The notes under the pieces: model-generated
Told to the model about the DNA's origin: nothing
Seen by the model: the letters and a program-made list of their open reading frames with translations, nothing else
Database searches by the model: none
In this document: positions 52,273-64,000 of the stretch, piece after piece
Position numbering within the stretch: the stretch's first letter is position 1
Layout of the letters: each line of letters starts with the position of its first letter
Translations under genes and position numbers: made by a program
Assembly (NCBI GenBank): GCA_024679065.1
Contig: JAGIQG010000009.1
Location: 100,068,001 to 100,132,000 of the forward strand
Source: Sphyrna mokarran
Taxonomy: Eukaryota
DNA length: 64,000 nucleotides
Direction: 5' to 3'

Positions 52273-53161
52273 CAACGGTATGAGTTTGGCTTTTGCTTTT
52301 GAGGAGGTAGTTCCGGAGTTTTTAAACTGTTGGCTGACAGAGCGTGTTTGTTTGTTTTCCATTGGATGGCGTTGAAGTTGTGTGTTGTTAGAGTTATATA
52401 TATTATGTCAAGTCGCGGCTAATCAAATTCTTAAATGTACGTTTTAGATGGTAGACAGATTTTGGGGAGGGATTGGATGGGGCAAAACGTGATTTTTTTT
52501 AATGCGCTTTCTGTTCCATAATCTGTTGTTTTGGCCACGACAGTTACATAGCTGGCAAGCTCAGCTTCGATTCAAGGTTGACTACAATAATTTTGACAAT
52601 GGTCCATTTAGCAATTGCATTGTCAACTAAATTCAATGGTTGACAGTTATTTCTTCTCTTGGAGCAGTTTGTTGGTGAACAATTCTTGGGCGTCGAAGCT
52701 ACTAGCCACTCTCAGGCCATCAGGGAAAATCAGGAGAATTTGATTTTCTGTTGAGCAGTTGAAAATGTTGATTAATTAAGATGACAACGATATACTAATA
52801 CAGTGTCTAACAATTTACTGACTGAATTATAAATTATAAAATCTTATTATTAGTGATAATAGTCGAGTACTGCTGTGTGTTAATTACAGTCACCTGAATC
52901 AGATGATTACTATTTTAACTTATGGACCGATGGCATGCAATGATTCAAGATATTCTTTTGTAAGTAAATGAAAGAAAACCTCAACAATAGTTTAAGTCAA
53001 CAGTTCTAAAGGCTAAATTTGTTAGAAAAGATAAGACCAGAGGGCAATTGGTATTAGTTTGCCTGTTGCCTTACTTAAGCAAAATATTAAGGGTGGCATT
53101 TTCTTTAATTGAGATTATTGCAAAAAGAGAGTTACGAAAAGTTGACTTCTTATTATGTTAC

Positions 53162-53194
53162 CTGAGCTTGAGCTTCCGTCAATGTTATTTCAAC
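53162..53194 (-). pseudogene. Dead array microexon: acceptor lost, in-frame TGA, 6-nt duplication
   Basis: tAC|GTTGAAATAACATTGACGGAAGCTCAAGCTCAG|GTAACA. Confidence 0.55.
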
Positions 53195-54786
53195 GTACTC
53201 AAACTGACAAATATAGTAGAATAATTGGTCCAAATGTTGAGCCGCCCCACTGAACGCATTAGATTTCAAATGTTGTCTCATTGGCCATCATCAGCAACCC
53301 ACCTTCTTCTCAGCTAGTGATTTATTGCTCAAACTTCCATCACAACTCCAGTTAATTTTAAAATCCTTTGTCCGCTGCGTTTTGGTTTCTATCTTGCAAA
53401 AACGAAATTGATGCAATGAGGAGCTAATAGGAATTCATAATTTCTAATTGAAACAACGTCATTTATTTTCACCTCCTCTTCCATTCAGTCGGTTACTAGC
53501 GGTGGCACCAAAAGAGGAATCTCACTTTTTTTTTGCAAAGACAAGCATCAACTTGTGGTCTTCTTTACGTTCTTTATGAGAAGGAATGACTGTTGGCATA
53601 TCTGAAATTAATGCTCATCAGAAGATGGAGTTGAGCTGCACCTATGAATATCTGCAGAACGTGTACCCACATTGTGCTGCGAAGCGTGTACTTTGAGTTT
53701 AATATTTCAAAATTGATGGCACGATAACATATTTTAATGCAGCGTGATGCTGTCTAGGGTTTGGGTTGGGAAGGGGTGGGGCTTGCACGATGGTTATCGA
53801 AAAATTCTATTTCTGCAGTTTAATCGTAATGTAGTTGGAACTTGCTTTTCGAAATGATTTGATGAATTCTCGCAAAATAATATTGTGCACAATGGTGGAT
53901 TGTTTCAGTTTGGTTTGTGGTGCTGAGGGAGTAAGTGGGGCTATTTGCTGACAGAGTATGGTTGAATATCAAGTATTTTGCTTTCTACTGGTTGGCATTG
54001 AACTTATTGAATGGTTTTGGAGCGATATCCATGATGGTTGGTCGAGGTTTTACAATCATGCAATCAAGTCTAGATTGTAGACGTTGGACAGGATGTTAGG
54101 GAGGAGTCGGAAAGGTCAGGAAGTGATTAAGTCGGTACATGCTTCCTAACCTCTAACCTGCTTTTCTAGTCACAATATTCTGACGCGATATAGTGGGCAC
54201 TGTAAAGTTTCGACTCAAAGTCGAATCCAAGGATTTTGATTAAAGTGGATTCAACGATTGTATGTCCAAAACATCTCAAAGGATGAAACTTATGTACTTC
54301 TCGTCAGAGAGTAGCTTCTTTATTCACTGTTCTATGGCCCCTATGATACTTTTCCCTCAACAGGTCATGCCTGGAAACTAAGGAGAATCTGAGGTTCCGT
54401 TTTGTAGATTGAAAATGTTGGTAATATAAAATAAATGCATTACTTCCGTCTAGTGTCTAACCATTCGCTATTTTAATAATGCAAAATACTATTATTAGTT
54501 TCAATGGCCGAGCATTACTCTATGACTATTGCATCCATTTGAATCAAACATTTGCCAAGTGAACAGATGGATCAGTGAAGACAATCATTAACCAACATTA
54601 TTCTGCAAATAAATGGAAGCAAGATTTAAGAATAAAGGCCAAATTTTAAGGGACGAGATAGGACCAGATGCAATTGTTGTTGTTTTCACAGTTGCATTTG
54701 TTAAAGCACTCCAAAATAATAAAACAGTATTAATTTAAGCTGGGGTGACTGGAATACAAGAGCCACGAAAAGTTGACTTTTGTTAC

Positions 54787-54813
54787 CGGATATTCTGCCC
54801 ATTTTGTTTCGAC
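54787..54813 (-). CDS. Array microexon (GRNKMGRIS)
   Basis: cAG|GTCGAAACAAAATGGGCAGAATATCCG|GTAACA. Confidence 0.5.
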
Positions 54814-55162
54814 CTGCTCAAAGGGAGAGGTAAACCAATTCAATCTTTCCAAATTTGAGCCTTCCCATAGAAGGTTTCAGCCAAATCAAGCATTTGCCTC
54901 TTTAACAGGTAGATAAATCGCACACAATGAATGGGGGCATCATTCTCCGTGTTAATGGAAACAATGACCCAGAAAAATTGAATTCAATCCAACTAAAAAG
55001 GAAACTTTAGGAAACGAGTTATGTTCAGCCCGTAATTTGTGTACTCGTTTTGCTGACGACTTAGTAAACAAAAAACCCTCCAAAATATTCAGATTTTCAT
55101 CGAGATATAATTAGATAATTAGAAGAAGAGAGGTACTGAAAGTTGACTACTTGAAAAATGAC

Positions 55163-55189
55163 CTGGTCTTATGTCCATCATGTCTCGAT
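55163..55189 (-). CDS. Array microexon (DRDMMDIRP)
   Basis: cAG|ATCGAGACATGATGGACATAAGACCAG|GTCATT. Confidence 0.5.
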
Positions 55190-56749
55190 CTGTTCAAATG
55201 GAAAAGTAAAGCTACTTAGCCGATCCAAGGGCGAGGCATCACACAGAACTGTTGAGATTACAAATGACGCGTCATTGATCTTGATCAGTAATTCGCTTTC
55301 TTTTCAGGAAGTCAATTTCCTGCTCAAAACTTCATCAATTCACATCTTCATTTTCTGCAATGTTTTGCTTTCATTCTTGCCGAAAGAAAATGTACGTAAT
55401 GGGAAGCTAATCGGAATTAATGATTTCCAATTGAAAGAACTTCTTTTTTCTCTGACCTTCCTCCATTATAAATTAATAGTACATCTTCCTGGGAAAGAAA
55501 ATCTTCCTTGTTTATATTTATTAATGAACCGTTGTGGTAGGCGGCTCGACCAGAAATTTAACGTTCATCAAAAAGAAGGTGGAGCTGATCTGCAACCACG
55601 AAGCCCTGCAGACGTGCGGTTCACGTGTAACCACAGAGCTGATTGCATGTATGTACTATCAATTTTCTGCAGCAAAATTGATGACACAGCAATATATTTT
55701 AATGACGGTTGGTGTTGTGCGGTGCTTGAATGGCTAAACCTTCACCGTTGCTGAGGAATTGTGTTTCCACATTTGAGCGGTCATGTGTTAATAATTTGCA
55801 ATTAGCTTTGTTTCGATGGATTTCGCAGAAAAAAATTGTGACCATAGATGTAACAGTTTGGCTTTTGGGGTTAAGCGTTTTTTTGGGGCCTTTATAAATT
55901 GGTGGCTGATGGAGTGTGGCTGAACATCAAGCCATTGGATTTATTTTGGATGATGTTGAAGCTCGTGGGTGTTTTGACTAATCTATCATGGCAGATCGTG
56001 GTTGTTCAATTATGCTTGTAAATTGTTGGCTTTAGACATTGAACAGAAGTTTGGTTTGTGTCGGATGAGAGAAGAGTTGGTTAGCTGGTTACACTCTTCC
56101 TGGCCTCTAACCTGTTGTTCTTGTCAGATGATTCATATAACTGGCACTGTTCAGTTTCCAGTCAAGTTCGACCCAAGCATTTTGATAATGGTGGATCTAG
56201 CGACTGCATTGCAAATTAACCGCAATGGATTATGTTTTCTCCTTTTGGACCAGTTTGTTGCATTCCAATTATCTGGCGCGATTGGTACATGCCACTTGTC
56301 AGGCCAAACCTGGAAAATAAGGAGAATTTGATTTTCCGTTGAGCAGCTTGAAAACGTTGTTAATCTGAGGCAAATGCACCGCTTTAGTAGAGTGTATGAC
56401 CATTTCCTAGTTGGAAAATGTAACGTTATTTTGCTCGTGGTAATGGTCGAGCATCACTGTGTGATAATTATAGTCATCTCAATCAAATATTGTCCAAGTG
56501 AACAGATGGGTCGGCGACACTCAATGGTTGAGCACATTTGTCTGCAAGTAAAGTGAAGCACACATCAATTATAATTGAAGCCAATGCCACTCATGGTGTA
56601 ATATTAGAGATGAGATAAGACCAGAGTGCAATTGCTACTGGGCCAACTGTTGCCTCAGTTAAACAACTCTTCCAAATTTCGAGTAGCGTTTAGGCATATT
56701 TAGATTTTTGGGAGAAGCGGTACGAAAATCTGAGTTCTTGATATGCTGC

Positions 56750-56776
56750 CTGATCTTACGCCCATGTTGCCTCGAT
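56750..56776 (-). pseudogene. Array microexon copy, both splice sites altered (DRGNMGVRS)
   Basis: tAA|ATCGAGGCAACATGGGCGTAAGATCAG|GCAGCA. Confidence 0.5.
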
Positions 56777-57035
56777 TTACTCAAATGGAGAAATAATATA
56801 AATTGATCTGTTGAACACTCAAGTTATCCCACAGAATTCATCAGATTTATAAGGAGGTATCATTGACCTTTATCAATAATTCGCTTTCTTTTCACATAGC
56901 CACAATCTCTCCCATGATCATTGGCTTGTATTCTTAATTTAAAATGACTTTATCTGCAGTATTTTGATTTCATTTTTATCAAATTAGCTTGATGTGATGG
57001 GAAGCTAACGGAAGTTTTTTGTTGGTTTCCAATTG

Positions 57036-57610
57036 NNNNNNNNNNNNNNNNNNNNNNNNNNNNNNNNNNNNNNNNNNNNNNNNNNNNNNNNNNNNNNNNN
57101 NNNNNNNNNNNNNNNNNNNNNNNNNNNNNNNNNNNNNNNNNNNNNNNNNNNNNNNNNNNNNNNNNNNNNNNNNNNNNNNNNNNNNNNNNNNNNNNNNNNN
57201 NNNNNNNNNNNNNNNNNNNNNNNNNNNNNNNNNNNNNNNNNNNNNNNNNNNNNNNNNNNNNNNNNNNNNNNNNNNNNNNNNNNNNNNNNNNNNNNNNNNN
57301 NNNNNNNNNNNNNNNNNNNNNNNNNNNNNNNNNNNNNNNNNNNNNNNNNNNNNNNNNNNNNNNNNNNNNNNNNNNNNNNNNNNNNNNNNNNNNNNNNNNN
57401 NNNNNNNNNNNNNNNNNNNNNNNNNNNNNNNNNNNNNNNNNNNNNNNNNNNNNNNNNNNNNNNNNNNNNNNNNNNNNNNNNNNNNNNNNNNNNNNNNNNN
57501 NNNNNNNNNNNNNNNNNNNNNNNNNNNNNNNNNNNNNNNNNNNNNNNNNNNNNNNNNNNNNNNNNNNNNNNNNNNNNNNNNNNNNNNNNNNNNNNNNNNN
57601 NNNNNNNNNN
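57036..57610. other. Assembly gap (575 N)
   Basis: Run of n. Confidence 1.
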
Positions 57611-58932
57611 TTAATATTCTTAACATTAAATTAGAAATCCCCGTTCTCAATAACTAAACGTAAACTTTTATGCCTATTATATTCATTCATGAGAAGTAGT
57701 TGTTGTTAGCTAGTGCAGAAATCAGCTCTCATTCGAATTTGGAGGTTGTAATTTGGGGGATGACCTGCATAGCCTATGCAGTGTCCGAAAACCAAATTGA
57801 CGTTTGTATGCGTATTCTCTGATTTTGGCAAAGTACAATTGATGGTACGGCAATGTAGTTTAAGGTCACTTGGATTAGGCATGATGTGGGAAGTGGAGGT
57901 CGGGGGAGGGCTTGAAGGATGTCGAATAATTCACTTTCTTCGTTCAGCATTCATGTATTTGGAATTTACAGACATTGGAGCTGTTCTGGTGAATTTCATC
58001 AGAAGATTCTTTTGCACAATTATGTAACGGTCTAAGGCTGCCTTTTGAATTTGTCGGGGAAGATTAGGCATTTCACTATTTATGGATTGTAGATCAACAT
58101 TAAGCTGTCTGCATTCTATTGTTTGTCGTTGCAGTTATTCATTGTTGTTGAAGTTCTATCTATCATGACAGGTCGAGGCTTGTCAAGCTTATTTGTGAAT
58201 TGTACATTGCAGTTTATAAACAACATTTTGGGGAGTTTCTGATTGGAACAAAAACAGTTTAGCTCGTTATACACTTCCAAGGCTCTAATCTGCCTTTTTA
58301 GGCACAAAATACTTACATAACAGGCAGTATTCAGTTTTTAGTCAAGGTCAACTTCAATGGTTTTTATAACAGATCATTTCACGACTGTATTGCCATTTTC
58401 ATTGAACGGATGAAAGTTATGTACTTTCCTTCTTGGACCAATTTGCCTTATTTTGATTCTGTGGCAATAATACTACTTGCAATTGTTCACTAGAACCAGA
58501 AGAACACGAATTACCGTGGATCAGCTTGAAAATTTTGTTCAGCACAGATAAATGCATCAATTTAGAAGAGTGTTTGCTCGATCGTTCATTGGATAATGCA
58601 GGTTGCCGTTATTAGCGGAAAAGATCGTTCATAACTGTGTGATAATTACACTCAAATGAATCAAGCATTTGGAAATTGAACAGATCGATAAATTACGCAC
58701 AGCGACTGGGGACATCATTCTATAATAAATGGAAGCAAGTGCTAAGAACAATTCAAGTCAATATAACGAAAAACAAAACTTTACGAAACAAAATATGACC
58801 AATGTATAATATGTATTCACATTGCAGAAGTTTAAATTAAGTAAACTGTGCAAAATATTAACAGTGGTATTGGGGTGCAATTATAATATCCGAAGAGAAG
58901 AGAAAATAAAAGTGGACTGTTTGAAATGTTAC

Positions 58933-58959
58933 CTGATCTTATGTTCATATTGTCTAGAC
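58933..58959 (-). CDS. Array microexon (GLDNMNIRS)
   Basis: cAG|GTCTAGACAATATGAACATAAGATCAG|GTAACA. Confidence 0.5.
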
Positions 58960-60496
58960 CTGCTCAAATGTAGAAGTAAATCCATTTAATCGAGTCAAAG
59001 CTCGGAAGCTATCCAAAGAACTGATGAGATTTCGAATGGCATGTCACTGGCCTTCATCAGTAACTCGCTTTATTTTCAGGAAGCCAATTTCCTGCTCAAC
59101 CATGCTGACAGGAAAGAGATGTGTTGGGAAACAATGCAAATTAATGATTTCCAATTTAAAGAATTTGGCTTACTTTCTGGCCTTCCTCCATTATGTTGAT
59201 GAAAGTCGTAAAAATAACATAGAAATAACTCTCACTTTAAAAGGAAACGCCAATTTTCTTCATTGATGACAAATAGATCTCGTCGGCTAAAGTGAAATTA
59301 ACTCTCATCAGAAGGGTTTGGGATTAGCACCATGAAGCCTTGCAGACTAAACAATCCAGATGAAGCATAGTGCTGATTATAAATGCAGACTACGATTATG
59401 ATACAGAAGTAAATTATGGCATGGCAAAATATTTTAATGTCGGTTTGTTTCATCTCGATCTTGGGGGCTATGCACTTGTCGGCTATCGAGGAATTCCGTT
59501 CAACATGGCATCAGCCACGTGTTTGATATTTGAAATTAGTGTTGTTTTGATAAATTTCAGTAGACGAAGTAATTGTGAACAGAGATACAACGGTGAGAAT
59601 CTGGCATTTGATGTTGGTACGTAGGATCGGTCATTAGGTACTGTTTGCTGGCAGAGTGTTGCTAAACATCAAAACATTTGCTATCCATTGGACTGCATTG
59701 AAGTTTTGAATATTGTTGGAGCTATATATTTCATGGCATGTCGCAGTTATTTAATCATACACCTTAAATGTTCTTCTTAGATGGTAAAGAGGATTTGGGA
59801 GGAGTCCAAGAAGTGATTAATTCTACGAAAGCTGTAGAATTAATCCATTGCTCTGGGCACAAAAATTATATGTCTGGCATTGTTTAGTTTTTTTTAAATC
59901 AAGATTGAATCCAAGAAGTTCTACAATGGTACATTCAGCGATTGCATTGCCAAATTATCTTAATGAATGAAGGTTATTCTTTCTCCTCTTGGAGAAATTA
60001 GTTTCCTGACAATTCTCGTGCCCGAATGCTACTAACTACTTGTCAGGCCAAACCGACAAAGTCTGATATACTTGAGATTCTGTCGAGCAGTTTGAAACTG
60101 CTGATAAAATAAGACGAATTTTACATTTGTATTTTACTACAATGTCAAACCACTCACTAATTGAATAATGAAAAATCCTCTTCTTAGTGACAGCGTGAGC
60201 ATTAGTGTGATAATTGTAGTCATCTGAATCAAAAGTTCGTCAACTGAACAGATGGACGAATGACACGCAGTGACTAAGGAGATTATTCTGCAAGTAAATA
60301 GAAGAAAACGTCAGCGTTAATTCAAGTCAATTCCTCCAAAGACGAAATTTTACTAGACGACGTAAGATCAGAGTGCAACTGGTATTAGTTTTCTTGTTGT
60401 CTTAGTTAAACAGCTCCAAAATTTTAAGAATTGTATTGAGTCAGTTTGAGATTATTGGTAGAAAATAAGTCGAAATTTGACTACTTGTTATATTTT

Positions 60497-60523
60497 CTGA
60501 TCTTCAGTCCATCATATAGATAT
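60497..60523 (-). pseudogene. Dead array microexon: donor lost and in-frame TGA
   Basis: cAG|ATATCTATATGATGGACTGAAGATCAG|AAAATA. Confidence 0.55.
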
Positions 60524-62100
60524 CTGTTCAAATGGACAAGGAAAGCCAATTAGTCCTTCCAAAGCTCCAGCCGTCCAAGAGAACTGATCAGATTTCAAAT
60601 AACGTTTCATTGACCTTCTCATTTTTTTTTTCAAGTAGGGGCTTTCCTCTTCAAAATTCTATCATATTTCATCTTAATTTAAATTTCCACTATCCGCAGC
60701 ATTTTGATGTCAGTCTTGTCAAAATGACATTGATTTCATGGGAGTAATGGGAATTAATGATTCACAATTGAAATAATGTTATATATGTGCTGGCCCTCCA
60801 CGATTGTGTCCGGAAATAGTGGTAACATTAAATTAGGAATCACTTTTCTTTCTTTATAAGAATAAACACCAACTGGTAATTTCTTTATCCTTATTCAAGA
60901 AAAGTAATGGCATCCGGTAGAACCAAATTCAATAGTCATCAGAATGCATCTGCATCCATGAAATCCGATAGACAATACAGAGGTGGAAAACCCATAGTGC
61001 CACTGACAAGAGCGTACCATGATTTTGATACAGTAAAATTCATGGCACCTCAATATATTTTATTGTCGGGTGGTGCTGTCTTAGTTTTAGACGGGAGCGT
61101 CTTTCCTTAAAGGTTATCGAAGAATTCCGCTTTTATGAGCCAAAAGTTATGTCGTGGGGATTTGGTTTCGAGTTGCTTTGATCAATTCCAGTAAAATAAT
61201 CTCGTTGCATAATCAGGAAACGGTGCAGGCCTGGATTGTGGAGTTGAACGGCTAGGTGGGGCCATTAAGCAATATTGGCTGACGAGTGCGATTGAACATC
61301 AAGTCAATGTGCTTTCTACTGGATGACGTTGAACTTATTACATGTTTTTGGAGCTATATCCATGATGGTTGATCGAGGCTTTGCAATCATACACGTTAAT
61401 TGTACGTTGTAGTCAGTGGACATGATGTTAGAAAAAGTCTGATGTGACAAAATGTAATCGGCTCTTTATTTGCGTCCGAGCCTCAAAATTCCTATTCTAG
61501 CAACAGTATTCACATTGTTCAGTTTTTTTTTAGCCAATATCGACCTAGAGGATTTTGACAGTAAGGATTCAATACTTGTATTGCCAATTAATCTCAATGG
61601 ATGAAGGGTACTTATTTCTCCTCGTGGATCAGGTTGTTGCCTCACAATTCTCTGGGCCGAATGATACTTGTCACTTCTCAGGTCACACTGGGAAAACCAG
61701 TAGAACTCGAGTTTCAACTGAACAGCTGAAAATGTTCATAATGTATGACAACTACTGGCTAATTGAATAATGCAAACTCCTTTTGTTATGTATTCTGGCC
61801 AAGGCCTGCAGTGTGAAAAATACATTCAGTTGGAAATAATATTTTCCAATTGATCAGATGAGTCAATGTCACCCAATGACTGAGGACACTTTTCTGCAAA
61901 TAAGTGGAAACAAGCGTCAAGAATAGTTGAAGTCAACGCCACGAAAGACGGAATTTTACGAGACTAGAGTGCAAGGGAGATTGTGTTTCTATATGTTGCC
62001 TTTGTTAAGTAAACCCTCCAAAATACTAAGAGTGGAATTGAGTCTGATTGAGATTGTTGGAAGCAGAGTGATACAAAAAGTTGGCTTACTGTTAAGTTAC

Positions 62101-62127
62101 CTGAGCTTCTGTCCATCTTGTCTCGAT
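62101..62127 (-). CDS. Array microexon (xRDKMDRSS)
   Basis: cAG|ATCGAGACAAGATGGACAGAAGCTCAG|GTAACT. Confidence 0.55.
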
Positions 62128-63394
62128 CTGACCAAATGGAAAAGAAAAGATTGAGCCTTTCCACAGAACTTATCAGATTTCAATGACACGTCATTCACCT
62201 TCATCAGTAATTCGCGTTCCTTTTGGAAAACATTTTCCTTTCAAACATCCGCTATTTATCTTCTTAAGTTAAAAATCCATTATATGCAGTGTTTTGATTT
62301 CTTTCTTGCCCAAACGAAATTGATATTCAAGAAGGGCTAGTAGGCATGTGCGATTTCCAATTGAGAGAACACTATTTATTTTCGGTCCTCCTCCGTTTTA
62401 GTGGTTAACAGTGTTAACAATAAAGTAACAATCCCTTTTTTCTATAACACATCACATTGCATCCTCATTGCATTCATCCATGAGAAGTAGTTGTTACCAG
62501 CTAGAGCTGAAATCATTGTTCATTACAGTTTGGAGTTGATGTGCATCCATTAAAAACTGCAGGACATGTGGTGTCTGGGAACACAGATTACTGATTTATA
62601 CCTGTTCCTTGATATTGTGACAGCGAAATTGATGGCATGGCAATACATATTAAGGTGACTTGTTTTCGGCATTGTGTAGGGAGAATGGGGACTTAAATAA
62701 TGTCGAGGAATTCAACTTACACATGTCAGCGTTGATGTATTTAGAAGTTGCAGTTGAAGTTGTTTGGATGAATTTCAGCAGTTGAGACTTGCGCACAATG
62801 ATGCAGTAGGGTGAGATTGACTTCTGTGATTCACGTGAAAGGCGGGGTATTTCACGATTGTTGGCTTACAGAGTGCGTATGGGCATCCAGCCAACTGCAT
62901 TATGTAGTTTGGCGTGATGGTTGTTCAGTGATGTTGGAACTTAATCTATCATGGCAGGTCACAGCTATTCAATTTTAGTTGAATAGCATGTCGCTGGTGG
63001 TGAATAACATTTTGGGCAGTTGCTGCATAGAACAAGAAAAGATTAACTCACTACTGAATAATCAAATTTGCTATTATTAGCACAATTGAAGAGCATAACT
63101 GTGTAATGATTACAATCTAATGAAGCACGCGTTTACAGATTTAACAGGTAGATCAATTACACACAGGGACTGTGGACATCGTTGTACAAGCTAAGGAAAG
63201 CAAACGCGAAGAACAATTTAAGCCACTTCAAATACATACGAAATTATGCGGAACGAGATATAACCAGATTGCAATAAGTATTCGTTCTGCTGATGAAATA
63301 GTTAAGCAAACACCTCAAAATACTAAGAGCAGCAATGAGAAACACTTAGATTTCTCGAAGAGACATATGGACATTCGGCTTCCTGAAATGTTAC

Positions 63395-63421
63395 TAAATC
63401 TTAATTTCTTTTTGTCTCGAT
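63395..63421 (-). CDS. Array microexon, divergent (DRDKKKLRF)
   Basis: gAG|ATCGAGACAAAAAGAAATTAAGATTTA|GTAACA; weak sites. Confidence 0.35.
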
Positions 63422-64000
63422 CTCCTCGGATGGACAAATGAAGCTATGTAATGTTCCAAAGCACGAAGCGCCCCACAGAACTTATGAGATTTCAAATGGC
63501 GTGTCATAGAACTTTTGTCAGAAAATCGCTTTCTTTCTAGAACACTAATAATCCTCTTAATTGAAAAAAATCCATTATCGGCAGTATTTTGCTTTTCAGT
63601 CTTGCCAAAAGTAAATTGAAGTGATGGGAAGCGTATGGAAAGTTATGATTTCCAATTGAATGAAATTTAATTATTTACTTGTCCTTCTCCGTAAGTTCGT
63701 CTGATAGCACAATTCGACATTACACTTATTGTAAAAAAATGCAGTTTTTGGTTCCTTATGTTCATTAATAATAAAAAAAATCGTTGCCTGGTAAACCTAA
63801 AATAATACTTATCAGAAGGAGGAGGTAGTCTGCATCCACGAAGCCCTGCAGACCATGCAGTGTACGGATACGCAAAGTGCTGATGGTAAGAGTGCGTTAT
63901 TATTTTCATACAGCACATTGATGCACGGCAGTATATGCTCACGTCTGCTGGTCTTGTCTAAGGATTGCTGCGGCTGGAACCTGAATTTTCTCGAGAAATT

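Larger units (their letters stand above)
24110..64000. repeat. Diverged tandem array of ~1.6-1.7 kb units (22 marker copies; continues beyond window)
   Basis: Marker acctgatcttatgtccatcttgtctcgatctg recurs at 24517, 26373, 28061, 29637, 30480, 32116, 33707, 35394, 37065, 38710, 42130, 43754, 45495, 47083, 53162, 54787, 55163, 56750, 58933, 60497, 62101 and 63395. Colinear flanking motifs: ctccaaaatattaag; gatttcaaatgacgtgtcattg; gaaattaatgctcatcagaagg; gaatttcagcaga; aattacagtc...ttgaacagat. Confidence 0.95.

Noticed and set aside
55158-55754. Longer ORFs in array or unique DNA (55158-55754, 37894-38406, 16438-16890, 18840-19289)
   Set aside because: Frames are not preserved in paralogous units and show no recognisable domains; chance ORFs
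56979-57657. ORFs of 193-223 aa
   Set aside because: Artefacts of translating the N gap
24517-63421. Array as a CRISPR, miRNA or C/D snoRNA cluster
   Set aside because: Spacers are homologous kb-long units and the context is eukaryotic. The 27-nt core forms no pre-miRNA hairpin, and no conserved box C/box D pair at suitable spacing was found

Overview
Eukaryotic genomic DNA, inferred to be from a cartilaginous fish (shark or ray) because it carries HE1-type V-SINEs and CR1 LINEs with matching 3' tails. It has no prokaryote-style genes. The long ORFs are retrotransposon-derived: a near full-length CR1 at 47.7-51.7 kb, a 5'-truncated CR1 with an open RT frame at 4.6-6.25 kb, and an L1/Tx1 fragment. 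The main unexplained structure is an old, diverged tandem array of ~1.6-1.7 kb units from ~24.1 kb to the window end. I found 22 copies of a 27-nt segment in it. On the minus strand the segment reads as a microexon: pyrimidine tract-AG|ATCGAGACAAGATGGACATAAGATCAG|GT, giving the phase-1 peptide DRDKMDIRS. Seventeen copies keep both AG and GT and are open in phase 1. Both copies with a phase-1 stop have also lost a canonical splice site. Three unrelated single-copy microexons (27, 27 and 30 nt, same strand, phase-1 compatible) lie downstream at 19.5, 12.2 and 6.9 kb. The window therefore probably lies inside a large minus-strand gene built from 9-10-codon exons, one of which was serially amplified with its intron into a higher-order repeat. 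I cannot name the gene; its start and end are not identified, and expression is unproven. Repeat boundaries are approximate; microexon coordinates were counted base by base.
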